A DNA stretch of 64,000 nucleotides, taken from contig NC_069001.1 of NCBI RefSeq assembly GCF_001194135.2, positions 33,005,979 through 33,069,978 on the forward strand, read 5' to 3'. Positions within the stretch are counted from its first letter, which is position 1, and each line of letters opens with the position of its first letter. The notes beneath the pieces are model-generated. The model saw only the letters and a program-made list of their open reading frames with translations, was not told the origin of the DNA and made no database searches. The stretch comes from Octopus bimaculoides (taxonomy: Eukaryota). The position numbers and the translations under genes were made by a program. This document shows positions 1-12,342 of this stretch, one piece after another.

Positions 1-752
1 TGATCAGTCGCCATATGCTGCATTAATATTCCTTACACTTTCTGTTGCATTGTTGCTTTTATTGAACTCATAAAGCAAAATGTGCTGAATATTCTCTTTT
101 GTCACTTCCATTATAGCTTTGAAAAAATGACTGTTAAAATCGAACTGCACTCTTCAAAACTTGCACTAAGAATAAGGACAAGATAAAATTACTGCCTGCT
201 TTTATAGCAAGTTGATGCAGGTAGTTTATCCCATCCCCCTCTGACTTTTAGTTCATGCAATTGAAAAAAACCGCATTATTTATGGGATGACCCAATAGAT
301 ATGTATACATTTTTATATATATATATATATATACATACACATATGCATGTGCATGCTTTGTAATTGCTTTTGTTCATATATTTATGAATATGAATGTGTG
401 TTGTGAATGTTTGTATCTTATATGTATGTTTGTGTTCAGGTATGTAATATATTGTTTCTATGCTTTTAAGTCATAAACAGTTATAATTTTACAGAATAAA
501 TCTCTGACACACATGTACACTGTTATATGTGCCAACATAAACAAGGATATATATTCATATAAGAATATATATAATCTGCTTCATGTATAGAAATCTCCTT
601 CTCGTGTTTGCTAAACCAAACGTATTTGTGTATACAATTCTATGTACCTCAAATTTATCTGCCAGATGTTTCAGAAACTAAAATGAAAAAAAAGTAAGCT
701 AACAAATTGAGAGCAAAATAAATAAATAAACAGTATCCCTCTCCAATTTTAC

Positions 753-959
753 TCAGTAATGTTTTCCAAGATAACAGATAACTGTTTTATTGTGTAATAT
801 TGTATGTTTAAGGAGGAGACTTGTATCGTTACAATCTTGTGTACATGTGCAGAAGACATGTAGAGATGGGTATACACAAACACGCATATATGTGCGTGTG
901 TGTGTTGTGCGTGTGAATATATGTTCTTGTGCATGCATGTGTAAATGTGTGTGTGTGTA

Positions 960-1013
<54 letters not shown>

Positions 1014-1020
1014 TATACAA
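753..1020. repeat. (TG)n/(TA)n microsatellite-rich tract
   Basis: Direct reading; it generates the spurious YI/CV/HT-repeat ORFs in the track. Confidence 0.9.
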
Positions 1021-1149
1021 ATATTTTTACATATGTTTGTTTGTGCGTATTTATATATCAACAATATCATAATCATCATCATTTAACGTCCATCTTCCAT
1101 ACTGGTATTGGTTGGATAGTTTGATAAATCTGACAAGTCAGGGAATTGC

Positions 1150-2065
1150 GTTGTATTCCAATCTCTCTCCCCCTCTCTCTCCCTTTTCTCTGATTTACAT
1201 CTTATGGTTGCCATATATCATCCTTAACACCCTCTCATATCTTCTATCATTCTTAACATCCTTTCATATCTGTCATCAACTTCCCCCACCACCTTTGCTA
1301 CTCACTATATCTATCCCTATGTACCTCTGACCTCCATCTCTGTCACTGTACATCTCCCTATTTCTCATATCTGTATGGTTTTATTATAATGCCTATTTCC
1401 AACCTTTTTGTACTGCTACTTATTGCCCTCTCCTTCATGAGTCACTCCTATTTCTTTTACCTTCTACCCACCAACTCGTATTCACCACTGGCCACACCTC
1501 CACCCTTATTCACCTTTAACTACATTCACTTCTGCCCCATCTCTAACCATCTGCTTCTCTCGTCTCACACTCTTGCAAACATACCAATTGTTTTCAATCT
1601 TGTTTCCCTTTTCTTTCTTTTACTCACTTGTATATTCAGGGTATACTCTAACACCTTGTCACTACCATCTTTGTCTATTTTGCTAGTTACTCCCACCATT
1701 ATACAATATGAAGTAGCCAGGTATCTTCTCTGTAGCAAGACTCCAGTTCCTGTCCATCTATCATACTTTGGCCGCTCAACACCTGCTATAAAGCCACCTC
1801 CCTCTTTATTATTCCCCCACGTAGTTGAGGGGGATCTTTTGTTTTTGTTTTTCAAGTTCCTTGGTGACCTCACTAGTTCCAGTGCCATGAAAATCAGCAC
1901 CCTGTACACTTTGAAAATTAGTTGTCATTAGGAAAAGCATTCAACTGTGGAAACAATGCCAAAGCAGACATTGAAACTCAATGCAATGCTTGAGCTCAAC
2001 AGATCTTGTTGAACCAATTAACCCTTGCCAGCATAGAAGTATATATTAAATGTTGATAATGATGA
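1150..2065 (+). mobile_element. Pyrimidine-rich interspersed repeat ending in an RTE-like 3' tail (...gtgacctcactag...ggaaaagcattcaactgtggaaac...gataatgatga)
   Basis: CT-rich body plus tail similar to 59870-60728 (+); body similar to the reverse complement of 36810-37300. Confidence 0.55.
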
Positions 2066-3250
2066 AGTGTGTGTATAGTATATATATGTTAGTTAGAATT
2101 TCACAAACACTAACAGAATCATCTAATACAATGAACTGACACTAATAACACTGTAAGAAAATTTAAATTTTTTTTTCTTTGGGTAGTAAGTGTTATTTCC
2201 TATTTACTTCTATCTATAAATCAAAGGAAATGACAACTGTTCTCTTCAAACTTTGCTTTTGTGACCAGTTTTGAAACTGGCCTAGATTCAGTGCTGAGTT
2301 GCTAAATCAGAAATGTTGTTATAGCAAATATTCTGCTTAATACCAGAAATTTGCTTATCAGTTGCTTGACCTAAACCACTTGAGCATGTCCCTCAGTGAC
2401 TGACAATATGTGCATCTCTGATCATGAGCAGGAGTAGTGGGGGAGCATCATAGGCATGTGCTGAGGAGGATTCGTTAGGGTTTGAATAAATGCAACAAAA
2501 GCAAAGTTTGGAGGAAACACTAGCCCATTTTTCATATTTTCTAGTGTAAGTACATAGGAAATAACAGTTCCTACCCAAGGACAAAAATCGTGTTACACAC
2601 TATATTACCAAAATACTGAAGTCCAAAACCTCCTTATTAGTAGTACACCACAAGTATGTAAACTTGAGTACATACTACAAATTAATGTAATTTGTGTTTT
2701 TGTCTGTAAAAGTTCTGAACGTCATGATCCTAACTACTTTATTGACCATATGAGCCCAACACTCATCTAGGCTCACCAAGCATTTATAAGGAGCAGTTGC
2801 AACACACTTCACCACACACATAATATAAAACAAAGCTAGATAGAAAAATATTAACAGATAACACATACTATATAGAATCCTCCACAAAAATAGACAATTA
2901 ATAATGGAAGAAATACTCATTTGACTACACAAAGCCAAAATAAACTCTCAGACAGTATATGCATATCACAAGAATGTGATTGATGACATGTAAAAGCTAA
3001 AATATGTGCCTGTTGATGTAGAAATCTAACAAAATTCTGGCAACAAAGTCTGCATAAATAAAGTTGCATACTATAAAGGAGGTTGTACACAAGCCAACAC
3101 TATTTCTTATCCTGATGATGGGGTTGAGATTGTCTTGAAATGTTGATAAAAGTGAACTTAGGAACTTTAAGGTGTCATCCAAAGAGCAAAGATCCTATAT
3201 GGAAATATGAAAACAGTCTAATAAGAATGGTGAAATTGGTAAATCGTTGT

Positions 3251-3381
3251 CGTCATTATCATCATTTAACGTCCGTTTTTCATGCAAGCATAGATCAGAT
3301 GGTTTGATAGGGACTGGCAAAGTCAGGGGCTGCACCAGATTCTATAGTCTGTTTTGGCTTGGTTTGTGATGCAGATGGATG
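3251..3381 (-). mobile_element. RTE-type 3' end fragment with (CAT)n/(ATG)n tail
   Basis: catcatttaacgtccgtttttcatgc motif shared with copies at 6541, 12185, 42519 and 62701. Confidence 0.75.
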
Positions 3382-3394
3382 AGGACAGTTGCAT

Positions 3395-3520
3395 AAAGCC
3401 ACTCACAAGGCTTTGGTCAGCTGGAGACTATAGTAGAAAACACTTGCCCAACAAACCATATAGTGGGATTGAACTGAAAACCATATGGTTGAGAAGTAAA
3501 CTTCTCACGACACAATGCCC
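3395..3520 (-). mobile_element. tRNA-derived SINE (family A, head+core)
   Basis: ccactcacaaggctttggt...tatagtagaa.acacttgccca motif shared with many copies in the window. Confidence 0.8.
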
Positions 3521-4685
3521 CGCTACGTATATGTTTGTATGTGTTTGTGCATGCATGTGTATTTGTGTGTTTATGTTCATAAGCGTGTATGTGTGTGTTC
3601 AAATGTATCTGTATGTACTTGGGTGTACGTGTGCTTGTATGTGAGGATGTTTGTGTGTACATGCATTTGTATGCATGTGTTTTTTGGAGCTTTATTCTAT
3701 GGTTCTTCCTTTGCAGAGTCCAAGTCAGTCACTAACAAAGTGGCAAGACTTTAGTTTAAGTCAAGATAAGTCTTGTGGTTTTGTGGTCAGCTGAATTGGT
3801 CGATGTCTGCATGAATGGGTACATGTTATGTGCATGTGTAGATAAACTTACACTCATTGGTGTATATGCCATTATTCTTTGTGTTTGCATGTGTATGCGT
3901 TCTATATGTATATGTGGTTATGTGCATATGTTCACCTGAGACATTAAATGGAGAATACCTGTAATGTTGTATGAATTTTCATTGTTGCTCTAATCGAATA
4001 TATCTGGAGAATGTGAATCAGTTTGTTCTGTCATTTTTTTTTTGTTTTGCAGAATCCAAGCAGATCTAAGTCTCCCTGTAAATGAGTTGTCACATTGCTG
4101 AATGCACTTATGATAATAGAAACAAATAAAAATCTGGATACAAGAGCTGTAGGTTCTCAATGGATGTTCTCCCTTTCTCCAAGTTTGAAGAGACATTCAT
4201 GCTCACTGGGCTGCTGATCTCTGCATTCTCGCTTGACTTTTTCCTCCCTGTCCTATGCTGTTATTTCTAGCCTGTTGTGCTTACTCTGGGTTTCTGTTTT
4301 TATTGGAATGTTCCACCAATATTCTGAATTTTTAAAGATATAGATACTCTCTGCTGGTGGCTGATGCACAGGAGCAATAACACTACAAGCACACAGGAAA
4401 TAGATTCTCTTAAAGGCTTATTAAGGACCCCTTAGAAGTAGTTAATAGCTTTTATTACCTATTTGACCTAATTAGAAGTGGAAGAAGATATTCTAAAAGT
4501 ACAGACACCAGAATAAGAATTGACTGGAGAAATTTTAAAGTTACTTGTATGAATTTATAAGAATATCTTTTACTCTACTCACAGGCTGACCAGTCTTGTG
4601 AGTGGATTTGGCAGACAGTAATTGAAAGAAGTGTGCCCTATCTATCTGTCTGTCTCTGGTGTGTGTGTGTGTGTGTGTGTGTGTT

Positions 4686-4721
<36 letters not shown>

Positions 4722-4872
4722 CATGAAACTTGGTCATGTGGAGTTGAATTACACTATATATATATATCTATATATNNNNNNNNNNNNNNNNNNNNNNNNN
4801 NNNNNNNNNNNNNNNNNNNNNNNNNNNNNNNNNNNNNNNNNNNNNNNNNNNNNNNNNNNNNNNNNNNNNNNN

Positions 4873-4908
<36 letters not shown>

Positions 4909-4938
4909 TAATTCAGCTCCACATGACCAAGTTTCATG
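4722..4938. repeat. Inverted repeat (about 35 bp, 1 mismatch) flanking (TA)n and an N-gap (4776-4872)
   Basis: catgaaacttggtcatgtggagttgaattacacta ... tagtgtaattcagctccacatgaccaagtttcatg. Confidence 0.85.
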
Positions 4939-5130
4939 GACACATAGACTTTGCCTTGGAACATCTGATGATAGGGACATGTCCTATGCACAACGGAACT
5001 TTCAAGGCGTGTGGAGTTGAATCAGACTGTTGTTAAATACATGTAATTCCACCCAAATGTGTTGAGTACTGTTTTATTTTGTTTGCTCATTCACTTGTTT
5101 TTATGTGCGCATGTGCGTGTGTATTGCATG

Positions 5131-5668
5131 CAGGGTGTTCAGGCTAAATTTGATAGTTTGCATAAAAGGTAAAGAAAGCACAATATCCCATCCGAAAATA
5201 TAAGTTATTTCAAAGAAGAAAAAAAAATATCAACTTGATTATGGTTGCGAGATAACAGTTTACTCAAAGTAACCACCCTCTGCTTCCACCATGGTCTCAT
5301 GATGGCTCCAGAACCTGGTGCATGCATTCCTCACTGTGTCCCTGGGAAGATGTTCAAACACCTCTTGATCTTGGTGTTGCAAGCAGAGCAGTTGGTGTCT
5401 TTCTTGACTGTGACTCACATATAGTAATTCACGGGATTACAATTGGAGGAATAAGGAGGCCAGAAACTGAGGCTCATGATGTAGATATTCTCCAGCAACC
5501 ACTTCTGACTCTTTCTTGATGCATAGCAAGAAATGGAATGTGGCTCCCACACATACGACCTTTCAGCAGTTTCATATAGGTGTTTGAATTGAGCTTGAGG
5601 CCCTGATCAAAAACGTGTGGTAGCATGACATCACCCTCACTGGATATAAATCCAAAAAGACTGCTGGC
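5131..5668 (-). mobile_element. Degraded Tc1/mariner transposase 3' half with terminal CAGGGTG
   Basis: Minus strand gives FGFISSEGDVMLPHVFDQGLKLNS, then (frameshifted) WPPYSSNCNPVNYY, a WPPNSPD-like motif, and ...MVEAEGGYFE*. The end reads cagggtgttc at 5131. Confidence 0.85.
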
Positions 5669-5737
5669 TATAGCATTGTAGTCTCTGTTGCAGCTGTGCA
5701 TATCATGTCTTAAAGCCTTTATAATGTCCACAGAGCA

Positions 5738-5953
5738 TTTTTTTCTACTCTAGGCACAAGGCCTGAAATATTTGGGGAGGGGGCCAGCTGATTAGATCGA
5801 CACCAGTATGCGACTGCTACTTAATTTATCAACCCCGAAAGGATGAAAGGCAAAGTCAACCTTGGCAGAATTTGAACCCAGAATGTAAAGACAGATGAAA
5901 TACTGCTAACCATTTCACCTGGCGTGCTAACGTTTCTGCCAGCTCACCGCCTT
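5738..5953 (-). mobile_element. tRNA-derived SINE (family B)
   Basis: ttaatttatcaaccccgaaaggatgaaaggcaaagtcaacc...gaatttgaac...gctaacgtttctgccagctc; A/B-box-like head on the minus strand; multiple copies in the window. Confidence 0.88.
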
Positions 5954-6540
5954 AGTGTTCACAGAGAATTGAGTAGCAGTCTTGATGTTGGTATTTTGAA
6001 TCATCATGATATAGGTAAATGTTTTCCAATATGCAGATGGCTCCCGTCTTCCGTGTTAGCTAACATTTTTTCAACTACAACTTTAATCTTTATGCTTTCC
6101 AATGCAATTGACTGTTCTCCAATATGTCAAGCTGTTCCTGGAAAAAGAAGACATAAAAAATTGTCAAATTTAACCCAAACACCCTTTATATACGTTATTC
6201 CTATGTAAGAGCACAACTTTTGGTGCAAATCTGATGAAATGCCATTCTGATATATAAAACTGCAAATTTTATACAACTTTTCACTTGGAACTTTTGCATG
6301 CAATGACATTAAAAACAAGGTGGCACTGAGGCAATTGTGACTGGTCATTAAAGATATGCTTAAATTTATTCTTTGTCTTCTTATTTGGATTACATATTCA
6401 TATGTATGTATGTATATATATATATCCACACACACACACACACACACAGACGTATGTAATATATATATATATGTATGTACTATGTACTTATGTATGTGTG
6501 TGTATGTATATATGTATGTATATTCGTATATATATATATG

Positions 6541-6589
6541 GTCCAACCCATGCCAGCATGGAAGGCGGACGTTAAACGATGATGATGAT
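6541..6589 (+). mobile_element. RTE-type 3' terminus (...ggacgttaaacgatgatgatgat)
   Basis: Near-exact reverse complement of the 42519-42570 tail. Confidence 0.75.
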
Positions 6590-7304
6590 CTATATCTGTA
6601 TATGTATAAATATTTATATGTATATGTTTGCGCGCGCGCGCGCGGTTGTGCCTGCCTGCGTGTTCAATTACGTGTGTATCTTCATATCTGTGCGCTTGAT
6701 TATACACTTCATGCATATGTGTTTAATTGGTGTGTACGCACGCGCGTACGTGCGTGCGTGCGTGTATATATGTTAGAGCGATGCTGGTGATTCTTAGTAC
6801 ATGTATAGCTTATATTTTTCCTTCCTTCTCCTCGAAGCCCGCATGCAAGCATAATTTGTATATTCCTTCCAAAACTTCTCTGAGCACACTACCGCGAGGA
6901 AATGTATTTATTTTTTAAATGTTATAAATCTGTTTATTATTTATAATTAATGCAATTTAATGTTCAACTTGTGTATAGAGTTTTAAGCATAGTTTGTTTC
7001 CTATTCTGGAATCTGAGGAATAATCTGAAAGAAAGACAAGAAAAGCTAAACGCATTCATCCAACCACACTCACACAAACTTATCATAGATACACAGATTT
7101 AGGAAAAGAAAGGTATATTTATCTCACCAACACCACTTACTACCGCTTCTCTGTTGTATAATTTTGTAAATGAAACTAGTTAATTTTTGTATTCGAGTAT
7201 TATTTACCTTATAGGTATATTCTTTTAAAGAAAAATACCAGTTAGATTATTTATTTTATTTATAACAATTTCACTTCTTTATTCATTTTGTTTTATCTTG
7301 TCTG

Positions 7305-7320
7305 ATGACGTCATGGGCGG
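7305..7320 (+). promoter_or_regulatory. Candidate proximal promoter: CRE palindrome ATGACGTCAT abutting GC box GGGCGG
   Basis: Perfect 10-bp palindrome (7305-7314) containing TGACGTCA, followed directly by GGGCGG (7315-7320), about 125 bp upstream of the exon-1 ATG in otherwise very AT-rich DNA. Confidence 0.5.
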
Positions 7321-7442
7321 GGGTGATTGTGAGATTTTGGACCAAAAGTGAGGAACTCTTTGGAAATTATCAACAATAACAGAAACAACTCCGAAGTTGT
7401 TTGTTTCAAAGGCCTAATAGGAAGTAACGTTGTCGGTCTGTT

Positions 7443-7518
7443 ATGAAGAACACAAAAGAAATGTCACTGCTGAAAGATTTAGAAAAAGTATTGAAAACTA
7501 TGGGTAAAAAGTACCCTG
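7443..7518 (+). CDS. Elk: Putative coding exon 1 of KCNH/Elk-like K+ channel (MKNTKEMSLLKDLEKVLKTMGKKYP + 1 nt)
   Basis: First ATG after an in-frame TAA (7425-7427); 25 codons + 1 nt then a strong donor G|GTAAGT. 76 nt with a phase-1 intron is the KCNH exon-1 architecture (hERG exon 1 = c.1-76). Splices in frame to the 43792 exon (...KKYP-G-NFVLGNA). Sequence is divergent from the canonical PAS-cap. Confidence 0.65.
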
Positions 7519-9730
7519 GTAAGTGCAGTTATATATATATTTTTTGTATGCTTATTTTCTTGTTTTTCAGTATAATTTAAGAGTAGTATATATAGCTGAA
7601 ACCGAGGAGCATGTTTTTTGTTTGTTTGTTATTTTTTCTATCCCTCGTTTGCGTTCTGAGTTCGAATTTGGCGGGGACAGAATCAATGAAATAAATAGCA
7701 ATACTAAGATCTTTTGACACTTGGCTTCTGCTTCCAAAACAATCAATAATTACTACAATTTATTACCAGGTTGGTGAAGACAGCTGAAGGGAATATATAA
7801 AGCTGACTCAATGTGTGACTGTATTTAGATTATTTCTTATACATGCTCAGTTTATTTCTTATACATGTTCAGTTTATGTCAGTAATATGTTGCAGTCGAT
7901 GCGGTCAACAGTTCTCCATATACTATATAAGTTAACTCTACCTTGTAAGAAAAAAAAAATGAAAACAGTAAATATTTGTTTGCAACGTTGTGTGCAGTTT
8001 GATTCCACGAAACACCTGTCTCTTGAAATATGTTTTTTTCTTTTTCATTATTTCCTTAAAGAAAAATAAAAGCTACCCACCATGTCGTCTATTTATGTGA
8101 TACTCTGTTTAATGCTACTCCGTCAAGTCAATATATTTACTGTGTGGTATCCTTACTTTTAAATTATCTTTTATACTTTTTCTCCAGCTAATGTTTTTCT
8201 TTTTCTTTTTTTTTCTTCGAATCATTGGGATCAATAAAGTCGATGTTTATCATTTTCTGTTGTCATTTCGATTCAGTTCAGTCTTGAATAGATCTATGTT
8301 CAAAGGTATTCCGGTCGGGGCTATCACGCACATCTTTTAGTTTTCTTGACAGTATATTTAAGACCAAATATTCTAGCGGGCCGAGTGATCACTTAACGGC
8401 CTCCTCGTTGACTCTGTTTATTATTGTTAGTTCCTGCATTAAACCGACGAGTGACCGGCGCTGGTCTTTTTCTGATAGTTTTTTTCTCTCTCTTTTGTCT
8501 CCAAAAGAATTGAACAGTGAGCAATTGTTGCTGTTTACACTGTTGAATTATGCGACCCACGTTACCTAGCTAAGTGAACTCAACCGTTAAGAGTTGTCTT
8601 GATTACAGATACATGCATTGCCAATGACCAGCTACAAATCACCGATTTGCTCAGCAGCCAAATAACTCGTAAATCTGTGGCAGTCCCTTTATTTCAATAT
8701 TGATTTTTTACATTGACACAAGACAACATATTTTCGGGGAGGGTATAATCGATAAAACCAACCCCCAATATTTCATTGTTATTATATTTCATCGACCGTA
8801 GACGGATGAAGGGCAAAGTTCACCCATGTAGAATTTCAGCCCAGAAAGCAATGTACCGGAACAAAATTCCGAAAGCCATCATGTCAAGGCTCTATTAATT
8901 TTGCTAATTGCTCACACTATTTTTAATTCTAATATTATCGTAAATGATAGAAGTGAAGTATCGGTGGAGAGCCGGACAAAATACCGTGTAGCATTTATTT
9001 ACGCCTCCTTACGTCCTATATTCAAGCCCTGCTGAGGTCGACGCTTACTTTCACCCCTCCAGGATCGATAAAATAAGTACTAGCATAGTGCAGGGTGTCG
9101 TCATAATTGTCTCTGCTCTCTTCTTAGGCTTGCAGCAGTGTTACAAATCAATGTTACTTCTATTTGTTTATTGATATGCAGGCTTTAGTGCCTGGGTGTG
9201 CTTCAGAATATTCTGGGTTGGCATTAATTTGTAATAATGCTAAAGTGGAGTAAATCTGAGGGTGCATCATTGAATGGTGAGGAGACAGAGCCGTCCAGTG
9301 CAACCCCTTAACGACGGGCATCTTGATATGGCAACCCTAACACTAGGGGTGTTCTTGGACACTTTCAATGGCTCCACTGAGTTAACACATGCCGTTTGTT
9401 TACATTCTATTCCTTGCTAGCCAATTTCCGACTACCTTAGAAGCAACTGAATCTTTAAATATGATACAGTTTATAAAATATGTTCACGTGTAATGAACAT
9501 ATTCATGAATCTCTCACTCTACCTCGTACATATTCATTCAGTTGCTGGCTACAGCCCATTCTGATTTCCTGGTTGTTGCTATTTCACTTCACCTAGGCCG
9601 CTAATGTTCCTGGGACAGACTACAGCATCCTACCTTTCAGCTCCCCTTTAACCACTCAGCATAATCACGCAGGGAAAAAGGAATAGTTCATACTGGAATT
9701 ACAAACATTAGATTTAATTTTTATGCCAGC

Positions 9731-9775
<45 letters not shown>

Positions 9776-10271
9776 ATTTGTAAGGGTGTGTGTACACGCA
9801 AGAGAGAGTTTGATATTGTACAGTTGTGCTTATGTTTTGTTAACATAAAGTATTAGAATTGGTGTTGTCTTTAGTGTTAAATGATGAGCTGCAAAACAGT
9901 AATGGGCCGAACTAAATGTTTTGCAGTAGCTAGTTATATCCCTTAACGTTTTGATGGCAGGGGTTGATTTTTGTCTGCTGTCCTTGCAGAGTCAATAAAA
10001 TATATTACCAGTCAAGTACCAACTACACCCTCATCCTCACAAAATTACGACCATATGCCAATGTACGAGGTGATTACTGCGTCTTATAATGCATATTTTG
10101 TTGCTGTTAATACCTATTTATTGTTGCAACAGTTATTGATGACGATATGTCAATGTTCTGAAGTTCTGCTTTTTTTCTTTTGTATTGTTGATATCGTCGG
10201 GCTTTTTGATTTGCTCTTTCGGTCTTTCTTATAAGTTGCGAGGCTTATTTAGACGTTTTTAATGACGATGC

Positions 10272-10327
<56 letters not shown>

Positions 10328-10343
10328 GTTGTTGTTGTTGTTG
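10272..10343. repeat. (TTA)n-(TTG)n compound microsatellite
   Basis: Direct reading. Confidence 0.95.
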
Positions 10344-10474
10344 TGCATGATGCTGTTTAATGTTCAGCTGTCGGATTTCAAAATGTCTGTCGGTTGTGAC
10401 GTAAATAATCAACTGGGGAACAATGCGCCTTTAGTGACTGTAATTCAGTGATAGTAATCTGAAAGATTAGAGAT

Positions 10475-10527
<53 letters not shown>

Positions 10528-10878
10528 GCACACGTGTCGGGGTGATACAAAAAGTAAAAAAAAACAAAAACAATTTTGGAATCGTTATCTCTTTAATACA
10601 TGCTGATACCTTTTATATTTCTTGTATATAAGGTCTATTTTCAGAAAATTAACCCAGAAATAGGAGTCGAGATAAATAGAATTCTTTTTCTTTATTTTGT
10701 TATTTTTCTTTTAAATACAGCAATAAATGTCTGATAAACGAGAAACTTCTACAAAACCATTTAGAGATTTAAAATATTTATATATCTTTTAACGTAAAAG
10801 TATGCATAAAGTCATTGCTATTTTTGTTTCTCCTTTGCATGTTTTGACGAGAATTCCTACAGTAATCTAATATCATTA

Positions 10879-11450
10879 CAGGTTGATAGTCCGATATCCA
10901 AGGTCTCTAAACTCTGAAAGATTTTTGAATGAGAGAAGCTCCACAAATTGAAAATTTCGAGTAAAAATTTGAAATGTTTACGGGTGATGTACAGCTGTTG
11001 CGGGTCACTTGTCGGGCTGTCAGCTGTTAAGAGTGACCTTTGCTGCTCTGGGCTGGGCTTTCCTAGTTTAGCCTAGTTTGTTGGTATCAGTTTGTTGTCA
11101 GCAGACGTCATAACAACATCTTTGTGCCTGCATTATTTACCAAGTGTGCAGGGCTACACTTGGTGTTGAAAATGCTAAAACAGCCTGCATATATCATTAT
11201 GAGTAATCATGCAAGGAAAAAAGGGAAACCTTGTCAATACCTTAGAAAATTAAGTTGCTGCAAAATCTCAGCAGCTGTGTAAACGTGATCGAGAAGTTTG
11301 GGTTTGAAATGACCCCTTAAAAAGCAGAAAGACAAAGTATTGAAGTTCTATATTGAAATGACGAGCTGAAAATTTGAAATATGTTGCATAGAGAAAAAAT
11401 TGATGATCTTGGATCATGTATTGATAGAGTAAATCCGTTTACTTATTGAA
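10879..11450 (+). mobile_element. pogo/Tigger (CENP-B-like) transposon 5' remnant
   Basis: TA|CAGGTTGA terminus; degraded reading ...EKFGFEMT..KKQKDKVLKFYIE...LHREKIDDL.DHVLIE, homologous to the 20105-21010 fragment. Confidence 0.7.
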
Positions 11451-11689
11451 GGACCTGAGCAGTGTGCATTCCCCACAGGGAAAGAAATCTTGGCTGTATA
11501 TAAAATCCAATAGAACCTACCACTTAAAGAATAATTTGATTTTATCTTCACATAAAAACTCAGTTAGTGAAGGTGCTATTACCTGTAAGATAGTCCAACT
11601 AAGCAGTTTCCAACAACAGTAAGAGTCATTCAGATTATATCCTTAGGCAAAACCTTGAGCCTGTCCAAGACAAGTGCTTAACCATCAAA

Positions 11690-11885
11690 CAGAAGTGATC
11701 AAAACATCGGCAGTGTGTATCTCTCTAACCTTGACTATGTCAACAGTCTTTTCCTTAGTCTTCCTGAAGCCGCATGGAGCCTAGGTGTTTCATTCATAAA
11801 TGCACACATTGCTCAGTCTGAGATTCAAACCCGCGATCCCTTGACTGCGAGTCTGCTGCTCTAACCACAAATGCATAAACAGAGC
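11690..11885 (-). mobile_element. tRNA-derived SINE fragment
   Basis: Minus strand tggttagagcagcagactcgcagtcaagggatcgcgggtttgaatctc is a tRNA-like A/B-box head. Confidence 0.7.
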
Positions 11886-12184
11886 CTGAAAGATTGCTTG
11901 GAGATACATGGCGTATTTTATAGATATGTATCATAAATGCATGAAACTATTAGTAGCTCTTTCAGTATGTGTATTAAATTGATATTTATCTCTCACTGAA
12001 TGGGGTACTTTTTTTGTTGATTCCACCTATATTGGATCTCTATTATATTTTTATATACATTTACTTATAAATGTACAAATTCATACATTTATACACATAT
12101 GTTTACATATTAATACACAACCATGCACTTACACATTACACATAGACACATATATTTAGATGCATGTATATATACAAGTACACA

Positions 12185-12342
12185 CATCATCATCATTTAG
12201 TGTCTGTTTTCCATGCTGGCATGGGTTGGATGATTTGACCAGGGCTGGCAAGCTGCAGAGCTGTACCAGGTTCCAGTCTGATTTGGCCTGGTTTCTACAA
12301 CTGGATGCCCTTCCTAACACCAACCACTTTACTGTTTTCACA
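12185..12342 (-). mobile_element. RTE-type 3' end fragment
   Basis: catcatcatttagtgtctgttttccatgctggcatgggttgg...ctggatgcccttcctaac. Confidence 0.8.

Noticed and set aside
749-1086. Track ORFs with YI/HT/CV repeats (also about 4633-5036, 6127-6790, 59289-59940, 62608-62874 poly-Met)
   Set aside because: Translations of (TA)n, (CA)n and (CAT)n microsatellites; no coding signal.
3717-3818. Good-looking acceptor (cttcctttgcag) with a possible donor; similar acceptor at 4052
   Set aside because: All three frames close quickly and there is no homology; could be non-coding exons but unsupported without RNA data.
4965-4990. CTGATGA followed by a hairpin (hammerhead-like)
   Set aside because: No GAAA after stem II, so the core is incomplete.
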